NCBI GenBank assembly: GCA_033442325.1
Contig: JAWQFM010000002.1
Coordinates: forward strand, 1,688,307 to 1,752,306
Reading direction: 5' to 3'
Source: Salpingoeca rosetta
Taxonomy: Eukaryota > Protista > Choanoflagellata
Length of the DNA: 64,000 nucleotides
Part shown: positions 36,409 to 51,019 of the stretch, piece after piece
Layout of the letters: the number at the start of each line of letters is the position of its first letter
Position numbering within the stretch: position 1 is the first letter of the stretch
Translations under genes and position numbers: made by a program
The notes under the pieces: model-generated
What the model was told of the DNA's origin: nothing
Database searches by the model: none
What the model saw: only the letters and a program-made list of their open reading frames with translations

Positions 36409-38329
36409 GGCACAAACAAACAAACAAACAAACAAACAAACAAATACAAATCACGTAAAGCCCGCACCTTTGTAGCGCTCTCTGGTTTCTTGTTGCGATT
36501 CTCAAGCTGTGCAAAAAACACAAACAGCGACACGTCCTCCCTGTTCTCCTGTTGTTTTGAGCACACGACAAAAACGTTTCAGTTCAGTCATGGTACGACA
36601 AAGCCACACCTCTCGCAAGGGATTAGCCACGCACACCGTCTCTACCCAAAGCACAGCCACGACCACGACGATCACCGCTTCCTCGCGACCACCATGTGCG
36701 TACCTTGAGCAGGCCCTTGAGATATGTGCGCGCATCCTTTGGGGAAACTTGCTCGAGAAACTCTGCATACGACAGCTGCAGCTCCCGCGGGTCCCGCGTG
36801 GCCGCTATTGCTTGCTCAAACACGTTTCTGCATGAGGGACGCAATTGCATTGTGTTGAGCCGGGGGGGGGGGAGGATCCGGAGTGTGAAGGGTGGGAGGA
36901 TAGTGGTTGATATTAAAACATACATCAACAAGAAAACAGACGTGAATGCAGGCAAGCACACACATTAACACACGCACACACACCTGATGAGGGCGATGCG
37001 GTGCGGGTCTGTGATGCGTGGCTTGACGTGCCATCCAAACAACCCGCGGTTGACAATTGGCCGCGGCAGCGAATCTGGCATGCGCGGTGCAGTACATGTA
37101 TGCGTGTTGTAGTTGTGTCAGAGAAAGAGAGAGAGAGTGCGTGTGTGAGTGTGTGTGTGTGTGATAAGGAGGTATATTATGTGTTGCGTATGTATTCACA
37201 TACGTGTCTCCACACGTGTGTGCACATGCGAAAATAAGCTGTGGCCGTTCCCAACAGGCGCAGGCGCGTACTTCTGACACCACTCTGCACCTTCGCTCGT
37301 TGACGTGTCGAGCAGGGATCCCCAAACATCCACAGCCTCTCCAATCGCCAGGCCGCTAAAGAATGGAATCAGTGTGTATATGTGTGTATGCGTGTATGTG
37401 AGTGTGTGCGAGTGTGTATGAGTGTGTGAGAGAGTAAATGTCAGTACAGGCGACAAGAACGCACGGGGGCATTGAGGCAACCACATAGACAGACACAGAC
37501 AGACACGTGCACTGACTGACACCGATAAACAGACAGACACGTGCACTGACTGACACCGATAAACAGACAGACAGATAGATAGACAGACGTACACACAGGC
37601 ACAGACACACAGACACAGACACACAGACACACAGACACACAGACACACACACACACACATCACGGCTTACCTGACGCGTGCGCGTGCGGGCATGTACTCT
37701 GCGTTTCGCTGTCTGAGCACAAACTGCTCGTTGTAGAGATATGGACCTGGGTCGCGCTTGCTCCACGACAGCAGCGACTCCTCCCGCTGGCTCTTCAGTC
37801 CGGCTGACATGCAGCAGGGTGGTCGGGTGGGGCAATGTGGCGGCGTTGGCGGAAGGGGTGTCAGTACGATGAGAGACGAGGCAATAACACAGAACATGCA
37901 CCGATTCCCAGCAGCACAACGGGAGCACGCTTTTCCAACACAGTAAACACCCAGACACACACACATCACGGGCACACACACACAGAAACACAGACACACA
38001 GACACACACACACACCACTGCCGCACCGAGGTGTTGTATGAGGGGCGTGAAGGTGTCTGGCATGGACACGGCGCTGCTGACGGCGTTGAGGTGGAAGATG
38101 CTGTTCGATGACACACGCGCGCGCACGTTCGCACCGAGAAAGTCGACGAACCCCAGCACGAGATCCGTCTGAGAACACGAGCATCGCATCGTCACATCGC
38201 ATTGTACCGTTGCAGTGGATGGGCGCGTCAGTTGCAGGCGGTCGTGGACTCGATTGTTGGAGAGGGAGAGAGAGCTGGTGGACCGACAGAAATTAGCAAA
38301 TTCACACACACACACACAGACACACACAA

Positions 38330-38360
<31 letters not shown>

Positions 38361-39339
38361 AGTGCGCACACAGAGCAGGTATGAGGAGAAAGGCCCCCAA
38401 GTCAGCTGAAAGACCTTCAATTCGGGGGTGGAGAGGCGGAATAAATGTCCGGCGACGTCGTCAAAGATGACGCAACGGTCTGGATCCTCACAGTCCTCCT
38501 CCTCCTCTCCTTCCTCCTCGTTGGGTCTTGCAGAAGGTGGAAGATGATTCAAAACACAAGAGCACGAGGACAGCATGTGCGTGTATGAATTACACAATGC
38601 ACACGTGTGTGAATGCACAGTCACTGTGCGATTGCACCAGCGTGTATTTGAACACTACTGTGTACGTCTGAGTTGCCACAGTTGGATTCAAGTCGTGGGC
38701 ACAAATGTGTGTGTGCGTGCGTGTGTGTGTGTGCGTGTGTGTGAGTGAGTGTGTGTGTGTGAGTGTGTGAGTGAGTGCGTGTGAGTGTGTGAGTGTGTGT
38801 GTGCATGTGCCCACCGCCAAGGCAGCCAATGCTGCTGTTCGCGGAATGTTTCAACTTCCAGCCATCGCTCCCACGTCGTCACGCCTTTCAACTCTGATGG
38901 GACGCATGGCAGGGAGACGTGAATGTAATTTGCAGGGTGAGCGCACACCATCAGCAGCAGTTATTAGACACTCAGGTGTTTGAATACAGGCAAGGGCAAA
39001 TGCAGATGACAACCACAACCACAAACGCAGACGCGGACGTGCAGGTGCAGGTGCAGACATTGCGTCACAGGGGGTGCATGAAGGTTCACAGCACGAACCT
39101 GGCGGGGTGGTGGGCGGATGGTGCTGCTGAAGTGAAGGAACATCGGTGCGCGCACGCTTCTGATCAATGAAATGGCCAACGCCTCTCGCGCCTGCAGCGG
39201 ACGTGCACGAACACGAACATCTTTGGTGAGGTGTGTGTGTGTGTATGTGTGCGCGTGTGTGTGCGTGTGTGTGTGTGTGTGTGTGCGTGTGTGTGTGTGT
39301 GTGTGCGTGCGTGTGCGTGTGTGTGTGTGTGCGTGTGTG

Positions 39340-39377
<38 letters not shown>

Positions 39378-39519
39378 GTATTGAGCAGGAAGATGGGTCC
39401 ACATCGATACGCACACATGCACACTCTTTGGACGCACCTGGATCACCGAATCGAGGGGCGTTTGATTCCCAGAACGACTCGAGAAATCCCGTCGCCTCCC
39501 GCGGTGACCGCACCCTGTG

Positions 39520-39578
<59 letters not shown>

Positions 39579-40056
39579 GTGAGGATAGGAATGTTTAACA
39601 ACAGCGCGCACAGCAACTACAGAGCATACGTCAGCAGCAGGCGGGTGTATTGTGCACCTTGATGGCATGAAGAGGTTAAATTCGACGAGTGCCTGCAAGC
39701 ACGCGATGGCGCGCTCCATGCATCCAGCCTAGCAGGTGAGGGCACGAGCGTGGATGGTGTGTGAGTGAGTGGTGGAGGCAATGAGAGCAGCGACAGATCG
39801 TTAGAAAATGGAAGAAAACACACGAAATGCTGACATGTCACTGTGTGTGTGTGTGCATGCACGGCACCTTGGCTTGGAAGTGGCAGGACTCAAAAACGAC
39901 ATCCAGCAGCGTTTCTTCAGCCACATCTTTGTCGAGGTGATGCGTTGCAAACGATCCCTCCTGTGTACGGAGAGAGCGGGGAAGGGGGATGGGGAACGGC
40001 AGGGCCAGCAGTGGTGGGTGCGGGTGAGAGACTGTGCGAATCCAGGTGAAACACAG

Positions 40057-40114
<58 letters not shown>

Positions 40115-40753
40115 CAGGCAGACAGACACACACACACATACACACACACACACACACACACATACACACGTACCTTGAGACCGTCGAGCGTTTCAATGCA
40201 CTTGTGGAACTTGGATTGGCAGGACGAAACCGTGAACCGGGCCAGGAGCGCAGTGCTGTGCGCTGTTCGGTTGGAAGGGTTGAGTGGGGGCGGGGGGAGG
40301 GGGTTGATTGAGAGGTTAAGATGAGGGGCGGGGTCGGTGTTGACGGTGGAAATAGCAGACAACATGGGTTTCAAAGCTGGCATATTCGTCCTAGCAAACA
40401 CACACACACACACACGCACACACACACACATACAGACAGACAGACACACACACACACACACACATACAGACACACACACACACACACACACGTACACACC
40501 GAGGTAGCGCTGCCAGAGACGGTGTTTATTTGGATGGAGGAAAAGGGTTCTCGTCCATTTCGCCTCCAAGTCATCCTTGCATGCAAGCAAGCACGATGTG
40601 ACCGTGTGAGTCGAAGCTGCGACGGGGCCGCCGCCAGATTGAAGGTCGCCAACAAATTCAGCAAATGAGAGAGACAATTCGAGACACACACAGACACACA
40701 GACACAGACACACAGAGGCAGACACAGAGGCAGACACAGGCACAGGCACACAG

Positions 40754-40802
<49 letters not shown>

Positions 40803-42103
40803 GGCGTCATCTTCTGTGCGCAGAGCTCCAAGTATCCGATGAAGAGATCCTGAGAAAAGTGTACAGGGGGAATGACGTGATGCAGTGAGGGATCCATGGA
40901 CAGCGGCGCAGCTGACAGGCGAGGCGACTGGCAGCAGCTGCAGGGCGCACAGACAATGTGTGGTATCCTGCACAACCCACCTGGTACACACACACCCACA
41001 CACCCACACACCCAAGCTGAACAAAACAATCAAAGACAACCAAGACGGGAGGAAACGAGCACAAACGGCCGCGGGACGGCCAAGCACCTCGTCGTGCGGG
41101 TTGTGCTTGAGGGCTTCGTCGTAGAGAGCAAGTTTGCGGTCTATGAGCAGCGCCACGGCCTTACGCGAGTGGCCTGCCTCAACCGCAAACACGTCATCCT
41201 GCACAGGTGGGCACGTTGGACATGTGTGCACGAGCTCTGGTCAGTTATCTGTTGGTTGGAGATTCGCAGTATGGATGACACACGGCACACCACGTCGTTT
41301 CTACACCATTACGCGTCGCTACCAGCAATCACCAGCAACCAATCACCACCTGGAAGTCGATGTATGTGCGCCACATGGTGGTGTCCTCAGGATGGCGGCG
41401 AAGGGCGGCGTTGAACTCTTTTGTCCGGCGCCGAACATACGCCTCCTTCGTCTCCCCCTTCGTATCACCATCACCATCACCATCATCATCATCGTTGTCG
41501 TCGTGGGTGCCGTGCTTGGACACGTGTGCGACACCGCCCTCTGCGTCGCTATGTTCGCCAGGATCCTCCAGCGGAACAAACGACCGCAATTCCACAAATA
41601 GCGGATGCTGCCTGCAGGCATCGAATGAATGGGTGCATGGATGGATGGACGAATGTTCAGCATGTGGGGCAACTGTGCGTTGTATCGTGTGTCGTGTTGC
41701 ATGGGGTGATTGTACGGCGTTGTGTTGTGACGTGTTGTGTGTTTTTGTGTTGTGTTGTGTTGTGTGTTGTTGTGTTGTGTTGTGTGTTGTTGTGTTGTGT
41801 TGTCCGGATCACGGCAGCTGCGTGCGTGAGTGCGATCATCAGCATCAAGTGAACGAGGTTGGTGCCGTGACCACTGCCAATACGCGTACAAAGCACACGA
41901 GCGGGCAAGCACGTGCTTATGCCGCACTTTGCTGAAGAAGACGGTGCTGATTGCGGTTCTGGTGCGGACGGCGTGATGTAGGTCACCTGGCGAGATGGAC
42001 ACATGCGGTGGTGATTGTGAGCAAAGGGCTTCCAAGCATCATCGTCCTGCTGGGCTGGGCGGCGGGGCACTCGTATCAACAGCATGCACATACGTGCCGC
42101 ACA

Positions 42104-42149
<46 letters not shown>

Positions 42150-43719
42150 CAGAAGCAAGAAAGCAGTCAAATGACATAAGCAGAAGCAAACGACACAAAC
42201 GCACAAGCGACACAAGCAGACCTCACAAGCATGCATATGCAATTACCTTTGCCTCTGCGTCCTTGAGCTTTGAGGCGAATCGAAAGTCGTGGATGCGTCG
42301 AAAGTGGAGATGGCGCGGTGGTCTGCAAGACCAGGTAAGAAAAGAAAAAACAAACAAGTGAATGGGAGAACAACAAATATGACAGCGTGTGTCATACACA
42401 AACACACATACACACGTGCACGTGCGTGTACGGAAGCGCGGCCGACCTCGCACCAGCGACGCACACATAATACACAGACACAGACACAGACAGACAGACA
42501 CACACACGCACACACGAGCGCGAAGGTTCAGGCTCCCACACCTGCCCTTGCTGCGGCCATCGTCAATCCAGAGCGGAGACGAGAGGCCGACAACAGCACC
42601 ACGCCCCGCCCGCCAATACGCGCTGATGTCCTTCTTGTAGATGCTGCGCAAAAGCAGATGGGAACGCAAGCACTCATGGGTCACGTTCAGGAACGAAAAG
42701 GAACAAGAGGGTGGGGGGGGGCGGGGTGTTCGCGCCTGGAGTTGATGAAACTCACAGCATCTCACAATGTACACGTGCAGCCACATGCAACCAAACACAG
42801 ACACATAGACACAGACAGACAGACACAGACAGACAGACAGACACACTCGGACACACAGACACAGACACACACACACACACAGACAGGCGCGCACGGACCT
42901 GTCGTATGTGATGTTGTCCTTGTCACCACGGACGTCAATACGCCAGAGGTCATCGGTGGCACGTGATGCGGCTGCCGTGCGATGTGCTAACGTGGGCTGG
43001 TGTGCTGACATCTGTTGGGTGGGCCTGCTTTGACTCCGGATGTAGGCAGCAGTAGCCCCGCCATCACCATCGCCATCGTCATCACCGTGCCTCCTCTCGC
43101 TGCGTCTACTGCGCTTTTCGTGCTCCTTGTCTTTCTTCTTCTTCCGCTTCTCCTTCTTCCTTGCCTTTCTCTCCTTCTTTTCTTTCTTGTGTTTCCTCTG
43201 CGTTGCCTTCTTCGGCTTGCTTCGCTCTGCTTCAGCTCGAGACGTTTGCTTTGCCCGCTTCAGTGGCCTGAACGAACGTTCGCATGCCCCGCCGTAAAAC
43301 GCAAGGCTGTGTCAGTGCACGTGTCTGTGTCTGGTTTGCGTGTGCTTGACTGCTGCACTGGTGTGCGATAGACAGTACATGGGGTTGAGCAAGGATGTCA
43401 GCACGTACCTGTCGCCGTGCACGTCACGGCCGTCGTCGTCGTCGTCGTGGTCGTTGTCGTCACTGCTTGAGGAAGATGCGGACGAGGACGACATGGATCT
43501 GGATGAAGGCGGCCGGAACGACGTGGCATTCTCCCACTGCGCCGCGACCGACTGCGCTCGTTGGACTTCGAGTGGGTGTTGCTGCAGCTGGCCTTGTTGC
43601 TGTGATGCATCATCCAAGGTCTGCTCACCTTCCCTCCCCGCAGTTCTGCGCGTCTCATCACCACCACTACCATTGTCATCATCACGACCACCACCACCGC
43701 CAGCAAACGCAGCAAACAT
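33473..43719 (-). CDS. NRDE2: Nuclear exosome regulator NRDE2 (HAT-repeat protein), many exons
   Basis: Start MFAAF. Conserved segments [113 protein letters not shown] and [13 protein letters not shown]. Confidence 0.92.
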
Positions 43720-44237
43720 CTTTCTCTGCTTTCTCCTCTGCTTTGCTTGTTTGCGGCTTCAGTTACGGAAAATTGACAGTCACGTTCACAATTTTCAACA
43801 AGACAGCGACGATGCGGAGCGAGTGCGCAAGCGCCCACCACCGCTGTTGTGGTTGCTGTTTGTGCGAGTGTGTGCTGAGCTAGTGAGCTGCATTCCGGAC
43901 TTGTCGAGCACAATAGAGATTGTGTCTGACAACAGGCACAATGTTGCATTGACATGGCTGTTTGCACCTTAACAATGCCACTGTGTTGGTGACTTGCTTG
44001 TGGTGGCAACCGCGTGTGTGTTAGTGTGTGTGTGTGTGTTTGTGTGTGTGTTTGTGTGTGTGTGTGTTTGTGTGTGTGTTTGTTTGTGGGCACACACTGT
44101 CGCTGTTGTTGTTATTGTTGTTGCAATGTTGATGTATGCTTGTCGCAGTGCCACAATTGTCATTTTCTCTTCTTCCTCTCCCTACGCTTTCACTCTTTCT
44201 GTCTTCGACATCCATCGAGCGAGACCACGACTGAGAC

Positions 44238-44664
44238 ATGTGCTCTGGTCGGAGAGGTGACGACGAGCCGTCTCGCTCAAGCGAGCAGGACGACTTTGAC
44301 CGCCCCGTGACCCCGCAACACGACATGCAGCTCCAACAGCTGGAGCAACAACAGCAAGAGCAGCAGCAGCAACAACAACAACTGCTGCTGTTGCAGCAGG
44401 GGCAAGAAATGCAGGAGCAGCCGCACCAGCAACACGAACATGGGCAACACCAAGAGCAAGCGTTGAGGGCTCCTCCGTCGCCGGCATCCCCGACATCACC
44501 GCCGTCACCGAGACGGCAAATGCCGAATTACCCTCTTCCACAAGAGCAGCTGCCCCGTCGACAAGAGCACCTGCCCCATCGACAACAAGAGGCACGTGGC
44601 AAAGACGTGTGGCAACAACAACAACAGCGGCGGCGGCGGCAGCAGCAGCAGCAGCAGCAACAGC

Positions 44665-44749
<85 letters not shown>

Positions 44750-44871
44750 GCAGCAGCAGCAGCAAGAGCAGCACGGTAGTCAACAAAGAGGCCTTGCTCT
44801 GTTGCTTGAAGCTTGTCGACGAGTACTGGAAGAAAGGCAGCAACAAGAGCAGCAGCAGCAGCAGCAACAGC

Positions 44872-44929
<58 letters not shown>

Positions 44930-44938
44930 GCAGCAGCA

Positions 44939-44970
<32 letters not shown>

Positions 44971-46055
44971 AGCAGCAGCAGCAGCAGCAGACAACCCAGA
45001 AGCCAAGATTAGACACACATTGGATGGCACAACAGTGCTGCAACGGCAATGGCAGCGGTGGCGGTGACAAGGGCAGCGACCGAAACCGTGACGTCAAGCG
45101 GAATGGTGGCGCTGGTGAGAACGATCACAGCGACAGCAGATACGATGCGGACGATGAAGCGAGCGACGACGCCCTACACACTGGGGACGGTCCCAAACGA
45201 CAGCAACAGCAACAGCGCGGCCGTGTGTGTGACCTGACCGCGCACAGACGCCGCCACGGGTTGCACTGGGTGCTGCGGCACCATGAGCAGCAGAGGTACC
45301 TCGAGCAAGAGGACTGCGGCTGCAACGAGAACAAACGAAGGCGGAAATTGCGGCGCCAGCAGCGCAAACAGCGCCGTGACAAGGAACGCGCTCTGCAGCT
45401 CTCGCTAAAACGCACGCTCAGGCACCGGCCACAGCTGCTCAGGCTTATTCGCGGGTTTGTGGACACCGCCAGCCGCTTACGACAGCGCCGCCTGCACGTG
45501 CCCGACGGCGGGTCCTCGCTTGAGCGCCAGAAAACCATCAGGGCGGAGCTGCAGGAACAGCGGCTGATGTTTACACGCGTGCAGCAGATGTATCGGAACG
45601 TTGCGCAGGCGTTGGCGCGCGACAGCTCGGCGCTGGCGCACGTGGCAGCAATGCACATGAAGCAGCTGCGACGGCTGCGGAGGCGGCTGCAGGCGTACGC
45701 GCAGAGCAGTTGGGAGCACCTGTACAAGTGGCTGGCGCGGCTGGAGGCGAGGCAGGCCGGCTACGTGCGGTGGGCGCACGACATGGACATGCGACGGGAG
45801 CACGCGTTGATAGTGTGGATATCCACCAGGAATGCCCATTCGGCTGAGTTGCGCAGGATGACGAGAGCCTTTCAGGAGCAAGAAGAAAAAGAAGATGATG
45901 GTGGTGGTAATGGTGGTGGCGGCGGTGATGGTGGTGGTGGTGGTGATGGGAGTAGGATTGGGCGAGGAAGACAGGAGGAGGAGGAGGAGGGGGAGGCGGA
46001 GGAGGAGGAGGAGGGGGAGGATGATGGAGGTGATGTTGGGAGGCCCCCCGCGTGA
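44238..46055 (+). CDS. Intronless hypothetical protein (605 aa) with two long polyQ tracts and a helical Arg/Leu-rich C-terminal region
   Basis: Uninterrupted 1.8-kb ORF. Mixed CAG/CAA tracts at about 44640-44765 and 44850-44990, then a non-repetitive region (45200-45880) and an acidic tail. No recognised domain. Confidence 0.6.
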
Positions 46056-46363
46056 GCCTTGTGCTGAGAGCTGAAGGTGTCGTGATCTGACTGTTTCGCA
46101 TTCTGAAGACTGCACTATGGACGCATCGCGTTGGTTGGCATCTATTCAAGTCATTGTCATTGTTTTTTGTGTGCATGTGCTATTCATGTCTCTGTCACTG
46201 CCTGGCCCCCTTGGTCTTCCTCATCAGCGGTGGCCCCTTGTTGTTTCCTGCCTCGTTTATCAAATAAAACCAATCGCAGTGCGCCCTTCACAACACATAC
46301 AAAAGACAGACCCCCCCCCCACACACACCCCTACACAATCACGATAATGTAGCAGCAAACCAG

Positions 46364-46792
46364 TCATGGTGTGTCGTGTGTCTGCGCTGCCTTGTCTTCC
46401 TCCTGTGAGGCTCCCTTCTCACTCCTCTCCTCCTGCTGCTCCCCGTCCTTTCCCTTCTTCTCTGCTTCGTGCCCCTTTTGGTGGTGCTGGCTGTCGTCGT
46501 CGGTGGCATCGGGTGGTGCATGTGGCGGGGGCGATTGGTGCTCAAAGTCTGGGTAGACGGCTGCCAGCGTCTCCATCAGCAGCGCGAGCGGCGCCGTGGT
46601 GAAGAGCGTGGCGGGGTATACCTGCATATGCCAATATGCGTGTTCGTTGTTGGGTTGAGTTCATCGGACCCGAGCACATGGTCGCGTTGTCAACAGGCAG
46701 AGAAGGATAGGGCACAGGGGACGGGGGGGGGGGGGGAATAGGTGACATGCATTGTTCTACGAACAGGTCGACACAGGCGTACGAACACTCAG

Positions 46793-46826
<34 letters not shown>

Positions 46827-47424
46827 AGACACAGACACAGACACAGACAAAGACACACACCTTGGTGCCGAAGATTGGGTGTTGCAAGATCTGGCAGCAG
46901 CCTGCGTTGAGTGTGTCGTACTTGAGAAAGTGCTTTGCGCCGAGCACCTCAGGGTAGATGCCAGCCCGCCGCTCCCCAAGCGCCTTGCAAGGGCGGTTGT
47001 GTGTGTGTGTGGGGGGGGGGGATAAGTGCATGCAATGAGGAAAAAAGGGACTGGCGCAACGCGCAGTGGTGTTGAGGTTGCAACGGGTGTGGAGGGGGTA
47101 GATAGACAGAGAGACAGGCTGACAGAGCAAAGATAAACAAACACAAGCACACGCACACACAGACACAGACACAGACACAGACACAGACACAGACACAGAC
47201 ACAGACACAGACACACACAGACACACACCGGCAAGCCGGAGGCTGGGTCTGCGTAGTCGGCCCAGTGACCGAGGCTCTGTAAAGCCTTGCACACGGCTAC
47301 CGCTTCTTCCGCAAACTGCACGCACACAAAGAGCAGCGGCAGTCATAAGCACCATGGCGACAGAACCACAGATCCATACACGTGGGGCAACTGCTTCCAT
47401 CCAATACCACAGGCAGGCAGACAT

Positions 47425-47477
<53 letters not shown>

Positions 47478-47494
47478 CGCACACACGCACACGC

Positions 47495-47585
<91 letters not shown>

Positions 47586-47822
47586 CACACACACACAACT
47601 GTTCTGACCTCTTCCAGCAGCGTGTCCTTCTCCTGCTCCACGTGAGGGCCCATGCCAACCAAGTCGACTCCAGTTTTCTATCAGAGCCGCAGTGATGGTC
47701 GCGGAGAAGACGAGGGTGAGGTGGCTGTGCATATGGCTGTGACCGTGTGCCGGCAGACAGACAAGCAGACCCACAGGCAAACAGGCAAGGCAGAAAGGCA
47801 GGTAGACTGACAGGCAGATACA

Positions 47823-47873
<51 letters not shown>

Positions 47874-48089
47874 ACCCTGAAGGTGGGGATGATGAGTAGC
47901 TTGTCCACCTCCAGGTCTGGGCCAAAGATGTCTCGGTAGTGCGACACATGTCGTCGTGGACACCTGCCTCCAGCGCGAATGTACACCACGCAGTGAGAGC
48001 AAGCGCGTTCATGCACACATATGTTTCCACGCACACACACACTGACAGATACACGCAAGGATGCAGACGCTTAGACGCAGACGCAGACG

Positions 48090-48137
<48 letters not shown>

Positions 48138-48191
48138 GACAGACAGACAGACACACACAGACAGACACACTCACACACACAGACAGACACA

Positions 48192-48252
<61 letters not shown>

Positions 48253-48450
48253 GTGCACGCTAATGTCGACGCGACCTGTGCGAACCAAGGAAGGCGGCAA
48301 CACCATATCCGGGAAGCGAGGGGACTTGCGAGGCAGCCTCGCCTCCCACCGCTTCACCTCCATCGCTGCCGTCACTGCCTCCCCTCCTTCCTCACGCACG
48401 CTCACCACCTGCGCCATGGCAGCGCACAGCGTCCTCTCCTCATCCTCCAT
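46364..48450 (-). CDS. MMADHC: Cobalamin trafficking protein CblD, multi-exon
   Basis: Motifs VDISVH|[14 protein letters not shown]|[45 protein letters not shown]|[11 protein letters not shown]. Start is ATG 48450 or 48417. Confidence 0.92.
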
Positions 48451-48559
48451 TCTCCTCTCTGCTTTTGTGTGTGTGTGTGTGTGTGTGTGCAAAAATATAC
48501 AAACAACCACCACAACACGCACACCTTCACACCCACCTTCACACGTCTGTGCAGCGGCA

Positions 48560-50236
48560 ATGGATGAAGGGGGAGCAAGCGGTGGGCGCCGGTCGCCTGT
48601 GTTGACAATGATGATGGGCAGTGGTGGAGGGATTGGCGGTGGCGGCAGTGGCAGCCACAACAGCAACAACGCCGGCAGCGGCAGCAGTGGTGGTGGCATC
48701 AGCCACAGCAGAAGCAACAGCAGCGGCGGTGGCGTGGGTGGTTTGGGCAGTGGGCGAGGGGCCAAGGCGCGATGGCGACAGAAGCGGTGGTGGTACATGG
48801 TGCTTGGTGGCATTGCGTGCTTCACGGTGCTCCGCCTCATGTTTGCTAGCCCGTCGAGCGGTGGGCACGGCCGCAAGGCGGAGGTGGTGAAGAGCAAGCG
48901 GGAGACGGTGCCGTACTTTGACAACACCTTTGGTGAGGAGCTTGGTGTGCTGCCGATTGAGGACGTGCACGAGCAAGGGCTGGCGCACTATGGCGTGGTG
49001 GTGCTTGCGTATCGGCCAAAGCCCAACAGCGGCGGCAACGAGGTGGAGATGCTGCTGTCGAAGCGCAGCTCAGCCGTGCACATGTGTCCGCGGCAGTGGT
49101 TGCTTGTGGGCGAGCATGCGCAGCGCGAGGAGGATGCCGTGACCATGGCGTTACGTGGCTTGCGGGAAGAGCTGGGCATCTTTGCGTCTGCAGACGACCT
49201 GACGCATCTCTGCGACGTTCCTTTCCAGCACGAGTTCAGCGATGGCAAGCGCGAGAACCAGATGACGCACTTGGTCCTTGCCACCCTACCGTCCTTCCAG
49301 CACATTGATCTCGACGCAGAGACGGTGTGTGTGTGTGTATGTGTTGTGTGTGTTGTGTGTGTGTTGTGTGTGTGTTGTATATGTGTTGTGTGTGTTATGT
49401 GTGTGTGTTGTGTGTGTGTATGTGCTTCTTTGTGTGCGTGTGTGTGTGTGTGTGCTTCTTTGTGTGCGTGCGTGTGTTGTATGTGATGTGTATGTGCTGT
49501 GTGTGTTGTGTGTGCTTCTTTGTCGTGTGTGTGTGTGTGTGTGTGTGTGTTAGTCGTGAATCTCGTCGCTGCGTCTGCACTCCCCCTCCCCCCCCCCCAA
49601 CTGACCCCACACTTCCGTTTGGTGTTGTTGAGTAGAAGGAAGTCAAGTGGTTCTCTCCAGCCGAGATCCTCGACATGGCAAAGAAGCAGTGAGTTCTTCT
49701 CCTGTGTGCGTGCGTGCGTGTGTGTGTGTGTGTCCTTTTCTTTCGTGCATGTGCGATGGCGCTTCGCTTTCGCATGTTCGTGCATCTTCGACCCCCCCCC
49801 CCCAACTCATGGTTGGTGTGATGGCCGTTGTCTCTTGCAGCCAGCTGTGTGGCGAGGCATTATCGGATCTCGTCTTCAAGTTTGTCACCACCGCATGCCA
49901 AAGGTACGCTCATGGAAGGGCCCTGCGTAAGCGTGTATGTACGTGTGTGCGTGTGTCTGGGTTTGTGTGGGTGCGTGCGTCTGTGTTCGTGTGCATGCGT
50001 GCATGTGTTTGTGCGTGTACGTGCGCTCGTGCATTTTATGATCACTTCCTCTTGTCGCATGCGCCATGCACGCAGTGATACGATCGTGGCAACACACCAA
50101 CCTCACAACTTCACCACCTTCGACCCCTCCCCACTCCTCTCGTGCACACAGACTACGCGAGGAGAAACAACTCGACTGCGGCATTGAGATTGATGCTGGC
50201 GCCTTTGTGTGTCCCGAATCGGATCAACACGCGTGA
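48560..50236 (+). CDS. Nudix hydrolase (IDI/YfcD-like fold) with an N-terminal transmembrane anchor
   Basis: TM segment [38 protein letters not shown] and Nudix box [24 protein letters not shown]. Three short 3' exons join in frame to a stop at 50234-50236. Confidence 0.8.
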
Positions 50237-50246
50237 CGACGACGAC

Positions 50247-50295
<49 letters not shown>

Positions 50296-50441
50296 GCGAT
50301 GGCGAGGAGAAATACGTACAGAACCCAAGCAGATACACACAGACACACACAGACACACAGACACACACACAAACACAGACACACACACACAGACACGACA
50401 CACAGACAGACACACAGACACACAGACACACACACACACAG

Positions 50442-50475
<34 letters not shown>

Positions 50476-50792
50476 ACACACACACACACAGACACACACA
50501 GACACACAGACACAAGCTCTCCACGCCGATCACCAATGCACATTTCCGCCTGTCGCCTGTCGCCCACATCTGGGTAGAGTATTAAAGGAAATCGTTGGCC
50601 AAATTTCCATTCAGCAAAGAACCAAGCGAAAAAGTGAGCGCAAGCGCCACGTGCCACACTGTCGTCTCACCCGTTGTCATTAATCCCTCTCCTCGATCGA
50701 CATCAATGAACCAGTACCAGGTCAGTGCACCTCTCTGCCTCTGTCTCTCTGTTTGTTCTTCTTCTTCTTCTTCTGGTTCCTCCTCTTTGACT

Positions 50793-50880
50793 TGGTGCTT
50801 TGATGAAAAGATTATGCCGCCCCAGTCCGAACATACTGTGTGGAGAGTGCATAACATGTCCTTTATGAGGCTGAGCACCA
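50793..50880 (+). ncRNA. Box C/D snoRNA copy 1 (snR67/SNORD31-like guide for LSU P-loop Gm)
   Basis: Terminal stem TGGTGC/GCACCA, box C TGATGA (50801), D' CCGA (50827), C'-like TGGAGA and box D CTGA (50871). The D' guide TGCCGCCCCAGT is complementary to LSU ACUGGGGCGGCA. Confidence 0.9.
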
Positions 50881-51019
50881 GCCCTTCCCTGCTGTGTGTG
50901 CATGTCGGTTGTGATGTGAGTGTATCTCCACTCGATCGCCCTTTTCCATTCCATATCCTGCCTTCCCTATTCCTTGCCTTCCCTGTCCCTTGTCTCCGAT
51001 CTCTCCTATCTTCTTTCTT

